Below the pieces are notes generated by a model, which was given only the letters and a program-made list of their open reading frames with translations, made no database searches and was not told the DNA's origin. From Clostridia bacterium (GTDB lineage Bacteria > Bacillota > Clostridia > Saccharofermentanales > DTU023), in the NCBI GenBank assembly GCA_040766025.1, contig JAXGRH010000003.1, positions 95,074-159,073 on the forward strand: DNA of 64,000 bases. The letters are read 5' to 3'. Made by a program: the position numbers and the translations under genes. Positions 1 through 9,855 of this stretch are shown one piece after another; position 1 is the stretch's first letter; every line of letters begins with the position of its first letter.

Positions 1-883
1 CGCTGACCTCATCGACCCAGCCCTGCTCATGGCGCGTGTGGATGCGTGAACGATCGACTTCCGCGATGATGGAGACACCGCCCGCGATGTTGCAAGCTTT
101 GCCCTGGGCGCCTGACATGCCGCCGAGGCCTGAGCTGACAAAAAGATGGCCGGCAAGATCCTGGTCCTGCGGAATACCCAGTTTGTTGCGCCCGGCGTTC
201 AAAAGTGTGTTGTAGGTGCCGTGGACGATACCCTGCGGCCCGATGTACATGAATCCGCCTGCGGTCATCTGGCCGTAGCTCGACACGCCCATGGCAGAGG
301 CGCGGTTGTAATCTTCTAAGTTGTCGTACTGGCCGATCATGAGGCCGTTGGTGAGAATGACGCGCGGGGCAGTCTTCGGGCTGTGGAACAGGCCGACGGG
401 ATGACCGGAAAACAACACGAGCGTCTGCTCATCTGTCAATATTTCAAGGTATTGTTTGATGAGGCAGTACTGCATCCAATTTTGGCAGACAGCACCTGTC
501 TCGCCGTAGGTGATGAGTTCATAGGGGTAGAGCGCGACCTCGAAATCGAGGTTGTTGTCGATCATGACCTGGAAGGCTTTGCCCTCCACGCATTGCCCCT
601 TATACGCGTCGATGGGCTTTCCGTAGATTCGCCCCTCTGGGCGGAAGCGATAGCCGTATATTTTGCCGTGTTCTTCCAGTTCAATTAAGAACTCTCGTGC
701 CATCTGTTCATGGAAACGTTCCGGGATGTAGCGCAATGCATTTTTTAAGGCCGTTGCCTTCTCTTTTTGAGAAAGATGTCCCTCCCTTCGAGGAGCCCTG
801 CGAATCCCGGGCAAAAAGACGGGATCAGGGGGAAGGGGTTCACCGGGGGGAACGAGGAAAACTTTAGTTTTTATCGTGTTCAT
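1..883 (-). CDS. hutU: Urocanate hydratase, long form; 3' part runs off the window
   Basis: Manual minus-strand translation from ATG 883 (GAGG SD): MNTIK...ALKNALRYIP...IYGYRFRP...QVMIDNNLDFEVALYPYELITYGETG...YGQMTAGGFMYIGPQGIVHGT...FVSSGLGGMSGAQ. Confidence 0.93.
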   Translation of the reverse strand, partial: MNTIKTKVFLVPPGEPLPPDPVFLPGIRRAPRREGHLSQKEKATALKNALRYIPERFHEQMAREFLIELEEHGKIYGYRFRPEGRIYGKPIDAYKGQCVEGKAFQVMIDNNLDFEVALYPYELITYGETGAVCQNWMQYCLIKQYLEILTDEQTLVLFSGHPVGLFHSPKTAPRVILTNGLMIGQYDNLEDYNRASAMGVSSYGQMTAGGFMYIGPQGIVHGTYNTLLNAGRNKLGIPQDQDLAGHLFVSSGLGGMSGAQGKACNIAGGVSIIAEVDRSRIHTRHEQGWVDEVS

Positions 884-962
884 ATGCTTTACCTCTCATC
901 TGTTGGCTTCTAATCCAGTATACTACGATTAAGAAAATCCTTGAGGAAGGGGTGGCCTTGCG

Positions 963-1934
963 GTGGGTAGATCGATTGGCATTGATCTTGGCGGAACGAA
1001 TATCGCGGTTGGACTTGTCAGTGATGCATGTGACATTGTCGCCCGAAAGGATGTGAAAACAAGGGCGCCCCGCTCTGCCCGTTCAATCACAGAAACCATG
1101 GTTGCTGTGATTCGCTCGCTCCTTGATGAAAATAAGTTGACGTCCAAAGATCTCACCTCCATCGGGATCGGCCTTCCCGGTATCGTCGATACGAAAAGCG
1201 CTGAGCTCCTTTTTGCGACGAACCTGAAACTTTCCCATGTCAATTTTCCGGAGCTCTTCCATGAGTACTTCCCAAACCTTGATGTATACGTCGGCAATGA
1301 CGCGGACTGTGCTGTTTTAGGGGAGTATCTGGCGGGTGAGGCCAAGAACTTCGATAGTGCGCTGTTGCTCACCCTGGGTACCGGTGTCGGAGGGGGATTG
1401 GTGGTCGACGGCAAAATCTTTCGGGGAGGCGATGGCCTCGGCATCGAGCCGGGTCATATTGTGGTCGAGACGGATCGGGCGGTCAAATGCGCCTGCGGTC
1501 AATGGGGCTGCCTTGAGACCTACGCTTCCATCCAGGGGCTGATCCGTCTGGCAGAGGAAGTTTTAGCTTCTGAGGGTGATTCTGTTTTCTTTCAATCCCC
1601 CTATCCTTTAAATGCCATCCGGATTTTTGAGGCTGTGCGCGCAAAAGATCCGATCGCAGAGAAAATCTACGCCCGCTATATCGACTACCTCGCCGCCGGG
1701 ATCAAGACACTCGTTGCCCTTTACCGCCCGCATATTATCCTTTTAGGCGGAGGCTTGAGCAATGCTTCTGATTTATTGATAGAACCTTTGGAAAAAGCGG
1801 TCCGCCGCGATATCTTCTCAGGCGATATCCTCCCTGTCCCACCTATCCGCGCCGCCTCTTTAAAAAACGACGCCGGCATTATCGGGGCCGCAAAACTCTA
1901 TCGGGAGTCCTCGCTGCAAGCGTCTTGTATTTGA
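963..1934 (+). CDS. ROK-family sugar kinase (glucokinase-like)
   Basis: GIDLGGT ATP motif, NDADCA, LTLGTGVGGG, EPGH...CACGQWGCLE zinc motif, NDAGIIGAA. Confidence 0.9.
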   Translation: MGRSIGIDLGGTNIAVGLVSDACDIVARKDVKTRAPRSARSITETMVAVIRSLLDENKLTSKDLTSIGIGLPGIVDTKSAELLFATNLKLSHVNFPELFHEYFPNLDVYVGNDADCAVLGEYLAGEAKNFDSALLLTLGTGVGGGLVVDGKIFRGGDGLGIEPGHIVVETDRAVKCACGQWGCLETYASIQGLIRLAEEVLASEGDSVFFQSPYPLNAIRIFEAVRAKDPIAEKIYARYIDYLAAGIKTLVALYRPHIILLGGGLSNASDLLIEPLEKAVRRDIFSGDILPVPPIRAASLKNDAGIIGAAKLYRESSLQASCI

Positions 1935-1991
1935 ATATAAATCGGTTATAATTGATCCATACGAAATTTCAGATGAAAGTGTGGAACGATT

Positions 1992-3086
1992 ATGGATCCG
2001 GTATTAAAGGCGCTTGAAGAAGCTCTTAAAAATGGCGAAGACACGGTGCTTGCGACGGTGACCGCAAGTTCAGGGGCCACTCCCCGCGGAGAGGGTGCTC
2101 GCATGCTTGTGGGGCGTTCGGGACGGCTTGCCGGCACGGTCGGCGGTGGCGCGGTCGAACTGCACTCACTAAAAATTGCACAGGATGCCATCCTTAAAAA
2201 ACAATCCAACATCCACCATTTTATTTTGACGAAAAATCAGATTGAAGATATCGGGATGATCTGCGGGGGCAATGCCACCGTCCATTATCTTTACCTAGCA
2301 GGCGACGATGAGGTCCTTTTGGACACCGTCCGAAAGGCGCGTGAAGCGATCGCCCGACGCCAACCGAGCTGGCTCATCACGGATATCAGTGAGTCGGACC
2401 AGCTGGGATTGGCGCTCTTTACGGCACCTGAAGGAGCCAATCCGGCGAAACCTGACTTTACACAGAAGGGCTGGTTGTTTACAGGTTATCCCGAAGGCGA
2501 TCCGGTAACAGCGTATTTATCGGAGCATCCGGAACTGCTCTGTCAGCGCGGCGCTGCCTTTGAAGCCTTGGGGCACCAGTTCTTTGCCGAAGAGCTTGTC
2601 GTGCCCGGGGTGGTCTATATCTTTGGCGGAGGCCATGTGGGTCAGGCGCTTACGCCTGTCTTGGCCGGTGCCCACTTTGCGGTGGTTGTTTTGGATGACC
2701 GCGAAGAGTTCACCGATCCCGCACTGTTCCCCGGCGCCTATGACGTTAAAATGTGCGATATGAAAAATATCGATCGCGCCGTCTCCATCGGGCCGGAGGA
2801 TTATATCTGCATTATGTCCCGCGGCCACAGCATGGACCTTGAATTAGAAGATCAGGCGCTTCGAACGCCGGCACGCTACATCGGTGTGATCGGCAGCCGC
2901 CACAAAGTGAAGACCATTGACGGAAAATTGATGGAACGCGGCCATACGAAGGAAGATCTGGAGCGCGCGATTTCACCCATCGGGCTTGATATCGGTGGAG
3001 AGACACCGGAGGAGATTGCGATCAGTATTGCTGCGCAGATGATTGCGGTCCGTGCGGGGAAACTGGAAGCCAGGCGCAAGCTTTAA
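1992..3086 (+). CDS. XdhC/CoxI-family molybdoenzyme maturation factor
   Basis: GATPRGEGARM, GTVGGGAVE, GMICGG, FGGGHVG, DDREEF, YIGVIGSRHK, PIGLDIGGETPEEIAISIAAQ. Confidence 0.9.
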   Translation: MDPVLKALEEALKNGEDTVLATVTASSGATPRGEGARMLVGRSGRLAGTVGGGAVELHSLKIAQDAILKKQSNIHHFILTKNQIEDIGMICGGNATVHYLYLAGDDEVLLDTVRKAREAIARRQPSWLITDISESDQLGLALFTAPEGANPAKPDFTQKGWLFTGYPEGDPVTAYLSEHPELLCQRGAAFEALGHQFFAEELVVPGVVYIFGGGHVGQALTPVLAGAHFAVVVLDDREEFTDPALFPGAYDVKMCDMKNIDRAVSIGPEDYICIMSRGHSMDLELEDQALRTPARYIGVIGSRHKVKTIDGKLMERGHTKEDLERAISPIGLDIGGETPEEIAISIAAQMIAVRAGKLEARRKL

Positions 3087-3103
3087 AGTAAGGGTCACCT
3101 TTA

Positions 3104-4871
3104 ATGACTGAACAAGGAAACTACAACTCCTTCTCCTATCCGGCAGAGGAAAGAGTGATTTTGAATTTTGTCCGCGATATTCTCGAGGGCGAAAAAAAAT
3201 CGAATCTGCTTCTTACAGGCGCCATCGGCTCAGGTAAGTCGACCTTTGTCCAACACCTGATTGACCATATGGCCGTCATGCCCACAGGCTATATGACGAT
3301 CCGCCATATTGACGCGGACGAGAGACGCCAGGGCTTTGCCCATGTGCCGGCGGCCAATCAGCGCGGCACGGGCTTTTTGACGATCCGCCACGATGAACGC
3401 GATATTTTTCCCATGGCGCAATGCTTCCTCGTCGCGGACTCCGGATGGGCGCCGGTTTAACCTTGACCGCTTCCATGAGACCGCCATGGAATTCATGGAC
3501 CGGCCGGGATCCCTGATGATCTTGGACGAACTTGGGGGAGACGAACTGCTCATCGATGATTTTTACGAGCGCGTGTTGGCTCTTTTAGATGACACGACAC
3601 GCCCGACGATCCTCGTTTGGAAGCACGATAAGTCCTTTGAACGTTCCATCTCGCGGGCCAAGGTTAGTGAAGCGGATATCAACAAGATCAAAGAACGCCG
3701 ACGGGCGATCGCCTCACACCCTTCTTTGGTGAATGTGGAGCTTGTGAACGGCGGGCTTACTATCTCCGATAAGAAGCGTGCCGAATGGCGAAAACAGTCA
3801 GCTGAACCGCAAGTCGTCGCGGAGGAGCCCCTTGAATTAGAATCTGCACCGCGGCGCAAAAAACACATGACACCGCGCTTTACGATTATGCTGGGCGCCC
3901 TTTTGCTCATTGTCATCTTTTCTTTTGCGGTCGGCTGGTATTGGATTGATCCGAAGACGATTGTCGTGTTTTTCTGGCATAAAATCATCGGCTCCGCGCG
4001 AGAATTTCCGATTGAGATTCATTCGGTCCTCATCAATGTGCGGCTGCCCCGGATTGCGCTCGGCCTTCTTGTAGGCTCGGGTCTCTCCGTGGCAGGCCAC
4101 ACCTTTCAGGGTGTATTTCGAAACCCCATGGCCTCCCCCGATGTTTTGGGGGCTTCGTCCGGAGCGGGTTTTGGTGCGGCTTTGGCCATTTTGTGGGGAC
4201 TGCCCTCTACGGGCATCACGACCTTTTCGTTTCTGTTTGGACTACTTTCGATCGTGCTCGTCTTGGTGTTGACTTCCTTTGTCAGGGGGCAGAAGATGCT
4301 GGCCCTTATCTTGACGGGGATTGTGGTCGGCTCTCTTTTTTCGGCCGGCCTCTCCTTAATTAAGCTTGTCGCGGATCCCACGGACCAACTGCCGGCGATT
4401 ACCTACTGGCTTATGGGTTCTTTGAACTCAGCTCAGGTGAAGCAACTCGCCTTTGCCGGGCCGATCATCGTGGTGGCGCTGTTGGTTATCTTGCTTTTGC
4501 GCTGGCAGTTGAATGTGCTGACGGTGGGTGAGGACTCAGCGGCAACCATGGGTATTCACACGCGACTTTTGCAGCTCATCTTGATTGTCGCGGCAACCCT
4601 GATTACCGCGACCTGCGTGTCCGTGAGCGGCGTGATTGGCTGGGTGGGACTTGTGGTCCCGCATATCGCGCGCATGATTACAGGCGCCGATAACCGTTAC
4701 TCGCTACCGGCTTCTGCTCTTATTGGTTCCGCCTTCATGATTTTTGTCGATGACATCGCGCGCCGCGCGACCACCTCAGGGATTCCTTTGGGAATCCTGA
4801 CGGCCTTTATCGGGGCGCCCTTTTTCATCTACCTGATCCTGCACGAGGGTAGAAAGGATGCCATCGCATGA
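3104..4871 (+). CDS. THEP1/NTPase_1-type NTPase fused to a FecCD-family ABC permease; one frameshift near 3435
   Basis: ORF 3104-3460 has Walker A GAIGSGKST and GYMT. ORF 3393-4871 continues with Walker B LMILDELGGDE and runs without a stop into FecCD motifs (RLPRI, FRNPMASPDVLG, GEDSAATMG, IGWVGLVVPHIAR). Confidence 0.8.
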
Positions 4872-5680
4872 GTGAGAAGATGACAAAAGGCTTAGAAGTT
4901 CGTGATCTCAGCTTCCGTTACCGGACGGACGATGTGTTGAATAATCTGTCCTTCCAGTCGGCAGGCGGCCGCGCGATCGGGGTGTTGGGCGCCAACGGCG
5001 CCGGCAAGTCGACCTTATTCAAATTGATGTTGGGCCTTTTGCCTTTACAACAGGGTACGATCCGCGTGAATGATACGCCGATTGGGGATCTCTCGGTCCG
5101 GGAGCGCGCCCGTGAGATGGCGTACATCCCGCAGGTGCAGCCGGGGTCCTTCCAGTTTTCGGTTTTTGAGATTGTCCTTATGGGGACAACCGCAAGTTTT
5201 GGCCTTCTGGCTCAGCCCGGCAAAAAGGAAAAGGAGCGCGCTGAAGCGGCTTTGCGATTATTGCAAATTGAACGCTTTCGCGACCGCCCCTTTGACCAGT
5301 TGTCAGGGGGCGAGCAACAGCTCGTCCTGATCGCAAGGGCGGTGGCGCAAGACGCCCCCATCCTCATCATGGATGAGCCCTGCGCGAGCTTAGACTACGG
5401 CAACCAGATCCGCGTGCTAGAGGAGATCCGTTCCTTGGCCGATCGCGGTTACCTTGTCTTGTTCTCGACCCATAACCCGCAGCATGTCTTCTTGTACGCG
5501 GACGATGTGCTTTTGATAAGCGGCCACACGGCGCGCGCCTTTGGCGCCCCCTATGACGTGTTATCCGAATCCCTTCTCTCACATGTGTACGGCGTTCCTA
5601 TCCGCTTGGAAGAAAGTGCCCGCACAGGTGAAGTGACCGTGATGCCGGATTTCCCAAAAATTAGAAACAGCTCTTTTTAA
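4868..5680 (+). CDS. Iron-chelate/cobalamin-type ABC transporter ATP-binding subunit
   Basis: GANGAGKST, LSGGEQQLV, MDEP, STHNP; ATGA overlap with the permease. Confidence 0.92.
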   Translation: MSEKMTKGLEVRDLSFRYRTDDVLNNLSFQSAGGRAIGVLGANGAGKSTLFKLMLGLLPLQQGTIRVNDTPIGDLSVRERAREMAYIPQVQPGSFQFSVFEIVLMGTTASFGLLAQPGKKEKERAEAALRLLQIERFRDRPFDQLSGGEQQLVLIARAVAQDAPILIMDEPCASLDYGNQIRVLEEIRSLADRGYLVLFSTHNPQHVFLYADDVLLISGHTARAFGAPYDVLSESLLSHVYGVPIRLEESARTGEVTVMPDFPKIRNSSF

Positions 5681-5690
5681 GGAGGAAAAA

Positions 5691-6824
5691 ATGAAACAAA
5701 CAGGAAGAAGAATTCTACTGGGTCTTGTATTGGTGTTAGTGCTGGCATTCGTGCTGACAAGCTGCGCGCCGAACACGCCCGCCGAGACAACCCCCGGTGA
5801 AACAACGGGCGAGACAAAGGGTGAAACACCTGCTCCGACAGAGGGTGAAACGGAAGACGATACCTTCGTCTTCGTGGATTCTTTGGGACGTGAGGTGACT
5901 TTGCCTAAGGAGTTGACGAAAATCGCGCCCTCAGGAACGCTTGCCAATATCCTGCTCTTCACGGCAATACCGGATCACCTGTCAGGGATTGCGCAGAATT
6001 TCACAGACACACAGATGAAGCTGATCGATCCGAAGTACAATGAGTTGCCCGTTTTGGGCAAGTTCTACGGCAAAGGCCCGGACTACAACCTTGAAACAGT
6101 TTTGGCTGCCGGTACGCAGGTCATCGTCGACCTTGGTGAGGCGAAGGATTCAACCGCAACGGATATGGATGAATTGACCGCGCAGATCAATATTCCCACG
6201 GTCTTCATCGAAGCGCTCTTTGACGACATGCCCCAAACATACCGCGACTTGGGTGTTCTGATCGGTGACTCATCGAAGACGGAGCAGCTTGCGCTTTACT
6301 GTGAAGAAAGTCTTGCGCTTTCCGAGAAGGCGAAGCTTTCGGATAATCGCGTCTCCGTGTACTGGGCGATGGGTGATCTTGGGCTGAATACAAACGCGCG
6401 CGGTTCCTTCCACAGTGAATTACTCGACTATGTTCCCTTGATCAACGCGGCCGATATCGAAGCGGATAACCGCGGCGGGGGCAGTGAAGTGTCCATGGAA
6501 CAGATCATTCAATGGGATCCTGATTACATCCTGATCGATACCTTGCAACTCAAAGAAGAAATGCTCAAAGATCCCGCCTGGAATGCCTTGCCCGCGATCA
6601 AGGAAGGCCGCTACTTGGTCGTTCCGCAGGTACCCTATGGTTTCTTAGCGGATCCGCCCTCAGTTAACCGCTACATCGGGCTGAGATGGCTTGGCGCGAC
6701 GTTCTATCCTGAGATCTATACGGGCGATATTAAAGATGAAGTCAAAACCTTCTTTGAGCTCTTCTACGGGATCAAGACGGACGACGCGACGATCGATGAG
6801 ATTCTTGCCGGAACCTATAAATAG
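5691..6824 (+). CDS. Metal-chelate ABC substrate-binding lipoprotein
   Basis: Lipobox LTSC, T/E/G/P-rich linker, FVDSLGREVTLP, VSMEQIIQWDPD, PPSVNRYIG; AAGGAGG SD. Confidence 0.88.
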   Translation: MKQTGRRILLGLVLVLVLAFVLTSCAPNTPAETTPGETTGETKGETPAPTEGETEDDTFVFVDSLGREVTLPKELTKIAPSGTLANILLFTAIPDHLSGIAQNFTDTQMKLIDPKYNELPVLGKFYGKGPDYNLETVLAAGTQVIVDLGEAKDSTATDMDELTAQINIPTVFIEALFDDMPQTYRDLGVLIGDSSKTEQLALYCEESLALSEKAKLSDNRVSVYWAMGDLGLNTNARGSFHSELLDYVPLINAADIEADNRGGGSEVSMEQIIQWDPDYILIDTLQLKEEMLKDPAWNALPAIKEGRYLVVPQVPYGFLADPPSVNRYIGLRWLGATFYPEIYTGDIKDEVKTFFELFYGIKTDDATIDEILAGTYK

Positions 6825-6863
6825 GCTAAAAGGGGACCTCCTGCCAAAATAAGTCCCTTTTAT

Positions 6864-6902
6864 AGAGGCCGTCTGAGTCATCAGGCGGCCTCTTTGTGTT
6901 TT
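6864..6902 (+). terminator. Probable intrinsic terminator after the xdhC-ABC operon
   Basis: AGAGGCCGTCTGA-gtca-TCAGGCGGCCTCT stem followed by TTGTGTTTT. Confidence 0.6.
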
Positions 6903-6946
6903 CAAAAACGCTATACTTTAGACAGCATCGTGAGGGGGTTCATAAG

Positions 6947-7663
6947 ATGATCCGTATTGCTATACCGGCATCCTACCGGCAGTCAAATGATGAGTATTGG
7001 GAAGGCGCGCCATTAAGCCAGGTGGGGCAGGCCTATGTGGATTCGGTTATCCGGGCGGGGGCTGTGCCCATGGTGTTGCCGGTGACAGAGAACTTGACGG
7101 TCATTCGTTCGATGCTCGATGTCGTGGACGGTGTGATTTTGACGGGCGGCGAAGATCTTGATCCCGCGCTTTACGGTGAAGTTCAAGGCGAACACACAAA
7201 AGATATTTGCCGTGTGAGAGATGTTTTTGATCTTTTACTTTTTCAAGAAGCCAGGGCGCGCAAGATGCCAATTTTAGGGATATGCCGGGGCATGCATCTG
7301 ATGAATGTCGCGATGGGCGGCACACTCGATCAGCATATCCCGGACCATATTCAAAACAATCATCGCCGGGAAGTGTCACATCAAGTGTTTGTTAAAGGAG
7401 GATCAATCCTGGAACGCGCCATGGGGCAAGAGGCGTGGGTCAACTCTTTTCATCACCAGGCCATCAAGGACCTTGGGGCAGGACTCACGGTCAGCGCAAA
7501 AAGCCCTGACCGTGTCATCGAAGCGGTCGAGTCCGCTCATGAGGATGACGGCTTCATGCTTGCCGTTCAATGGCATCCTGAGGAGTTATCCGGGCGCGAC
7601 CACAAGATGGGTCGGTTATTTTCGCTCTTTGTGGAATATTGTAAGAAAAGCGCCGGCGCTTAA
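6947..7663 (+). CDS. Peptidase C26 / gamma-glutamyl-GABA hydrolase (PuuD-like) glutamine amidotransferase
   Basis: LTGGEDLDPALYG, LGICRGMHLMNV (catalytic Cys), VNSFHHQAI, VQWHPE. Start chosen at ATG 6947 after GAGGGGG. Confidence 0.88.
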   Translation: MIRIAIPASYRQSNDEYWEGAPLSQVGQAYVDSVIRAGAVPMVLPVTENLTVIRSMLDVVDGVILTGGEDLDPALYGEVQGEHTKDICRVRDVFDLLLFQEARARKMPILGICRGMHLMNVAMGGTLDQHIPDHIQNNHRREVSHQVFVKGGSILERAMGQEAWVNSFHHQAIKDLGAGLTVSAKSPDRVIEAVESAHEDDGFMLAVQWHPEELSGRDHKMGRLFSLFVEYCKKSAGA

Positions 7664-7893
7664 GGGGTGGCTGATTCTTCGACCTCCGGCGGAGGGGGCA
7701 CGAAGGGGAGCGACCAATCGAGTTCCTGGTTGCAGTAAACGCATCGTTTGATGGACTGGACAGGGACATAACTGATCAATTTGTGACAGCGCGGGCAGAG
7801 ATAAGCGTCAGAAGTTGACTCATGGACTGAGTTCTTTCTCAAGGCCCCATACTTCATTCTGCGCCTGACCACCGTTGTTTTAATCAAGTTCAT
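7660..7893 (-). CDS. Small zinc-ribbon protein of unknown function
   Basis: CPRC...CVYCNQELDWS; GGGAGG SD before ATG 7893; TGGTACAAT extended -10 at ~7914-7922 on the minus strand. Confidence 0.6.
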   Translation of the reverse strand: MNLIKTTVVRRRMKYGALRKNSVHESTSDAYLCPRCHKLISYVPVQSIKRCVYCNQELDWSLPFVPPPPEVEESATP

Positions 7894-7966
7894 GCCAAAT
7901 TTACCTCCCATCTATTGTACCATACGGCCCAAGAGAGGCAGTCTTGCGAATGAATCGCCTTTTCAA

Positions 7967-9325
7967 CTACATCGGCAACAGCGATGTCGCGATGAGAAAG
8001 TAAATCATGAGGGTGGCCGCGTCCACGATCGTCGTGATGAGCGGGGCGGCCATAATGGCCGGGTCGATTTTAAGTTTTTTGGCAACAAGCGGCAAGATGC
8101 CTCCCAATATAGCGGCCATGAAAATGGTGGCAACCATGGCGAGCGCGAGGACCAAGGCCGAGGTAAAGTCCTTGTAGACAAGGTACACGCGTAAGAAGTT
8201 GACCGCACTTAACGCAATACCCATGAGAAGGCTTGTGGCGGATTCCTTGATCACCACCTTGAAAAAGTCACCGAACTTGATTTCACCCAAGGTCATACCG
8301 CGGATCATGAGTGTACTTGACTGGGAGCCGACATTGCCGCCCGTGTCGGTCAGCATCGGGATGAAGGAGACAAGGAGGGGGTAGGCCAAAAAGGCGGCTT
8401 CGTTCTTTTCCAATATTTGGCCGTTGATCATGCCGGAGACCATCAGGATGAAAAGCCATGGGATGCGGTGGAGGCCGTGTTCCCAAAAACTCGTCTTCAG
8501 GTAAGGTTTTTCTGAGGGCGCCATCGCGGCCATCTTCTCAAAGTCTTCCGTGGTCTCTTCTTGCATGACGTCGACCGCGTCATCGATTGTGACAATTCCG
8601 ACCAAACGGTTTTCAAGATCCACCACAGGGATCGCAAGGAAGTTGTACTTATGAAAGAGGCGTACGGTTTCTTCTCGGTCCATCCCGGTGTGGACTGAAA
8701 TCACATCGGGCTCCATAATATCGCCGATTTTTTCATGGTCGTTTGCCAATAAAATGGCTTTGACCGAGATCACGCCGTCCAAAAAGCGCTGGTCGTCCGT
8801 GTCATAACAGGTGTAGATCGTCTCGCGGTCTTCACCGAAGGTGCGAAGATGTGTGATCGCCTGCGCGACCGTCATGTCACGCTTTAAACGGGTATACTCC
8901 GCCGTCATGATGCTGCCCGCTGAGTCTTCAGGGTACTGCAAATAGCGATTGATGATTCTTCGTTTATCGGGGTTGGTTAAGCGTAACAGCCGGCTCACCA
9001 TGTTGGCGGGCATTTCCTCTAAAAAGTCGACCGCGTCATCGACAAAGAGCTGGTCGAGCATATTCGTGGTCTCTTCGTCGGTGAAGGCTTCAATCACCCG
9101 GCGCTGTGTGTCCGACTCGAGATGCGCGAAAACCTCCGCGCAGATCTCCTTTGGGAGCATGCGGAAGACAAAGGCGGTTTCGTCATCGGGGAGTGTTTCT
9201 ACAAAGAGCGCGATGTCGACCTCGTTGTCATCACGCAGTTCATTCAACAGAGAAGGGTAGTCGCGTTCGTTCAATAATCGTGTCAGATGATCGACGTATT
9301 GAACTTCATCCATTTTTTCACTCAT
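7967..9325 (-). CDS. mgtE: Magnesium transporter MgtE
   Basis: N-domain, YPEDSAGSIMT, CBS pair, TGGNVGSQ, DPAIMAAPLITTIVD. Confidence 0.95.
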   Translation of the reverse strand: MSEKMDEVQYVDHLTRLLNERDYPSLLNELRDDNEVDIALFVETLPDDETAFVFRMLPKEICAEVFAHLESDTQRRVIEAFTDEETTNMLDQLFVDDAVDFLEEMPANMVSRLLRLTNPDKRRIINRYLQYPEDSAGSIMTAEYTRLKRDMTVAQAITHLRTFGEDRETIYTCYDTDDQRFLDGVISVKAILLANDHEKIGDIMEPDVISVHTGMDREETVRLFHKYNFLAIPVVDLENRLVGIVTIDDAVDVMQEETTEDFEKMAAMAPSEKPYLKTSFWEHGLHRIPWLFILMVSGMINGQILEKNEAAFLAYPLLVSFIPMLTDTGGNVGSQSSTLMIRGMTLGEIKFGDFFKVVIKESATSLLMGIALSAVNFLRVYLVYKDFTSALVLALAMVATIFMAAILGGILPLVAKKLKIDPAIMAAPLITTIVDAATLMIYFLIATSLLPM

Positions 9326-9351
9326 TTGGACTCCTCCTTCTCATCTTCCAC

Positions 9352-9393
9352 AAAAAAGAAGAGTCTGACGCCCGTTGGCCGGCGGCAGACTCT
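9352..9393 (-). terminator. Terminator-like hairpin between ridA and mgtE
   Basis: Minus strand GAGAGTCTG...CAGACTCTT stem followed by CTTTTTT. Confidence 0.55.
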
Positions 9394-9416
9394 CGTTTGA
9401 TTGAATGTCAACCGGC

Positions 9417-9797
9417 CTATTCCATTAACGCGATACACTCGATTTCCACTTTCGCGCTTTTTGGCAGTTGTTTGACTGCGTAGCAAGCGCGCGCAGGGTA
9501 TGGACTTGGGAAATATTCGCCGTAAATATCGTTGACCGTGCCAAAGTCGGCCATATCGGCCAAAAGAACGGTTGTTTTCACTACTTTTTCAGGGCCGGTT
9601 CCGGCTTCTTTCAAAATGGCGTCGAGGTGACGAAGTGCTAACTTCGTCTGCGCTTCAACACTGTCAGGCATTTCGCCTGTCGCAGGATCAATACCGAGTT
9701 GTCCTGAAACAAACAGCAAATTGCAGGCCACAACGGCCGGGGAATAAGGGCCCACCGCTTTTGGGATCTCGTCGGAAAATACTGCTCTTTTTGACAT
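9417..9797 (-). CDS. ridA: RidA/YjgF-family reactive imine deaminase
   Basis: PKAVGPYSPA, VSGQLG, VVKTTVLL, YPARAC (catalytic Arg), LPKSAKVEIE. Confidence 0.9.
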   Translation of the reverse strand: MSKRAVFSDEIPKAVGPYSPAVVACNLLFVSGQLGIDPATGEMPDSVEAQTKLALRHLDAILKEAGTGPEKVVKTTVLLADMADFGTVNDIYGEYFPSPYPARACYAVKQLPKSAKVEIECIALME

Positions 9798-9855
9798 GAT
9801 GATTACCTCAACAATCCGATTAATGTATTACCAGTTTACCACAGCCACTTGCCGC

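Noticed and set aside
383-688. Short ORFs antisense to or overlapping real genes (e.g. 383-688, 929-1444, 39169-39972, 51172-51774)
   Set aside because: Shadow ORFs of well-supported genes with no motifs of their own.
5770-5860. GET-type repeats in the ABC lipoprotein
   Set aside because: Ordinary low-complexity lipoprotein tether, not a DNA repeat array.
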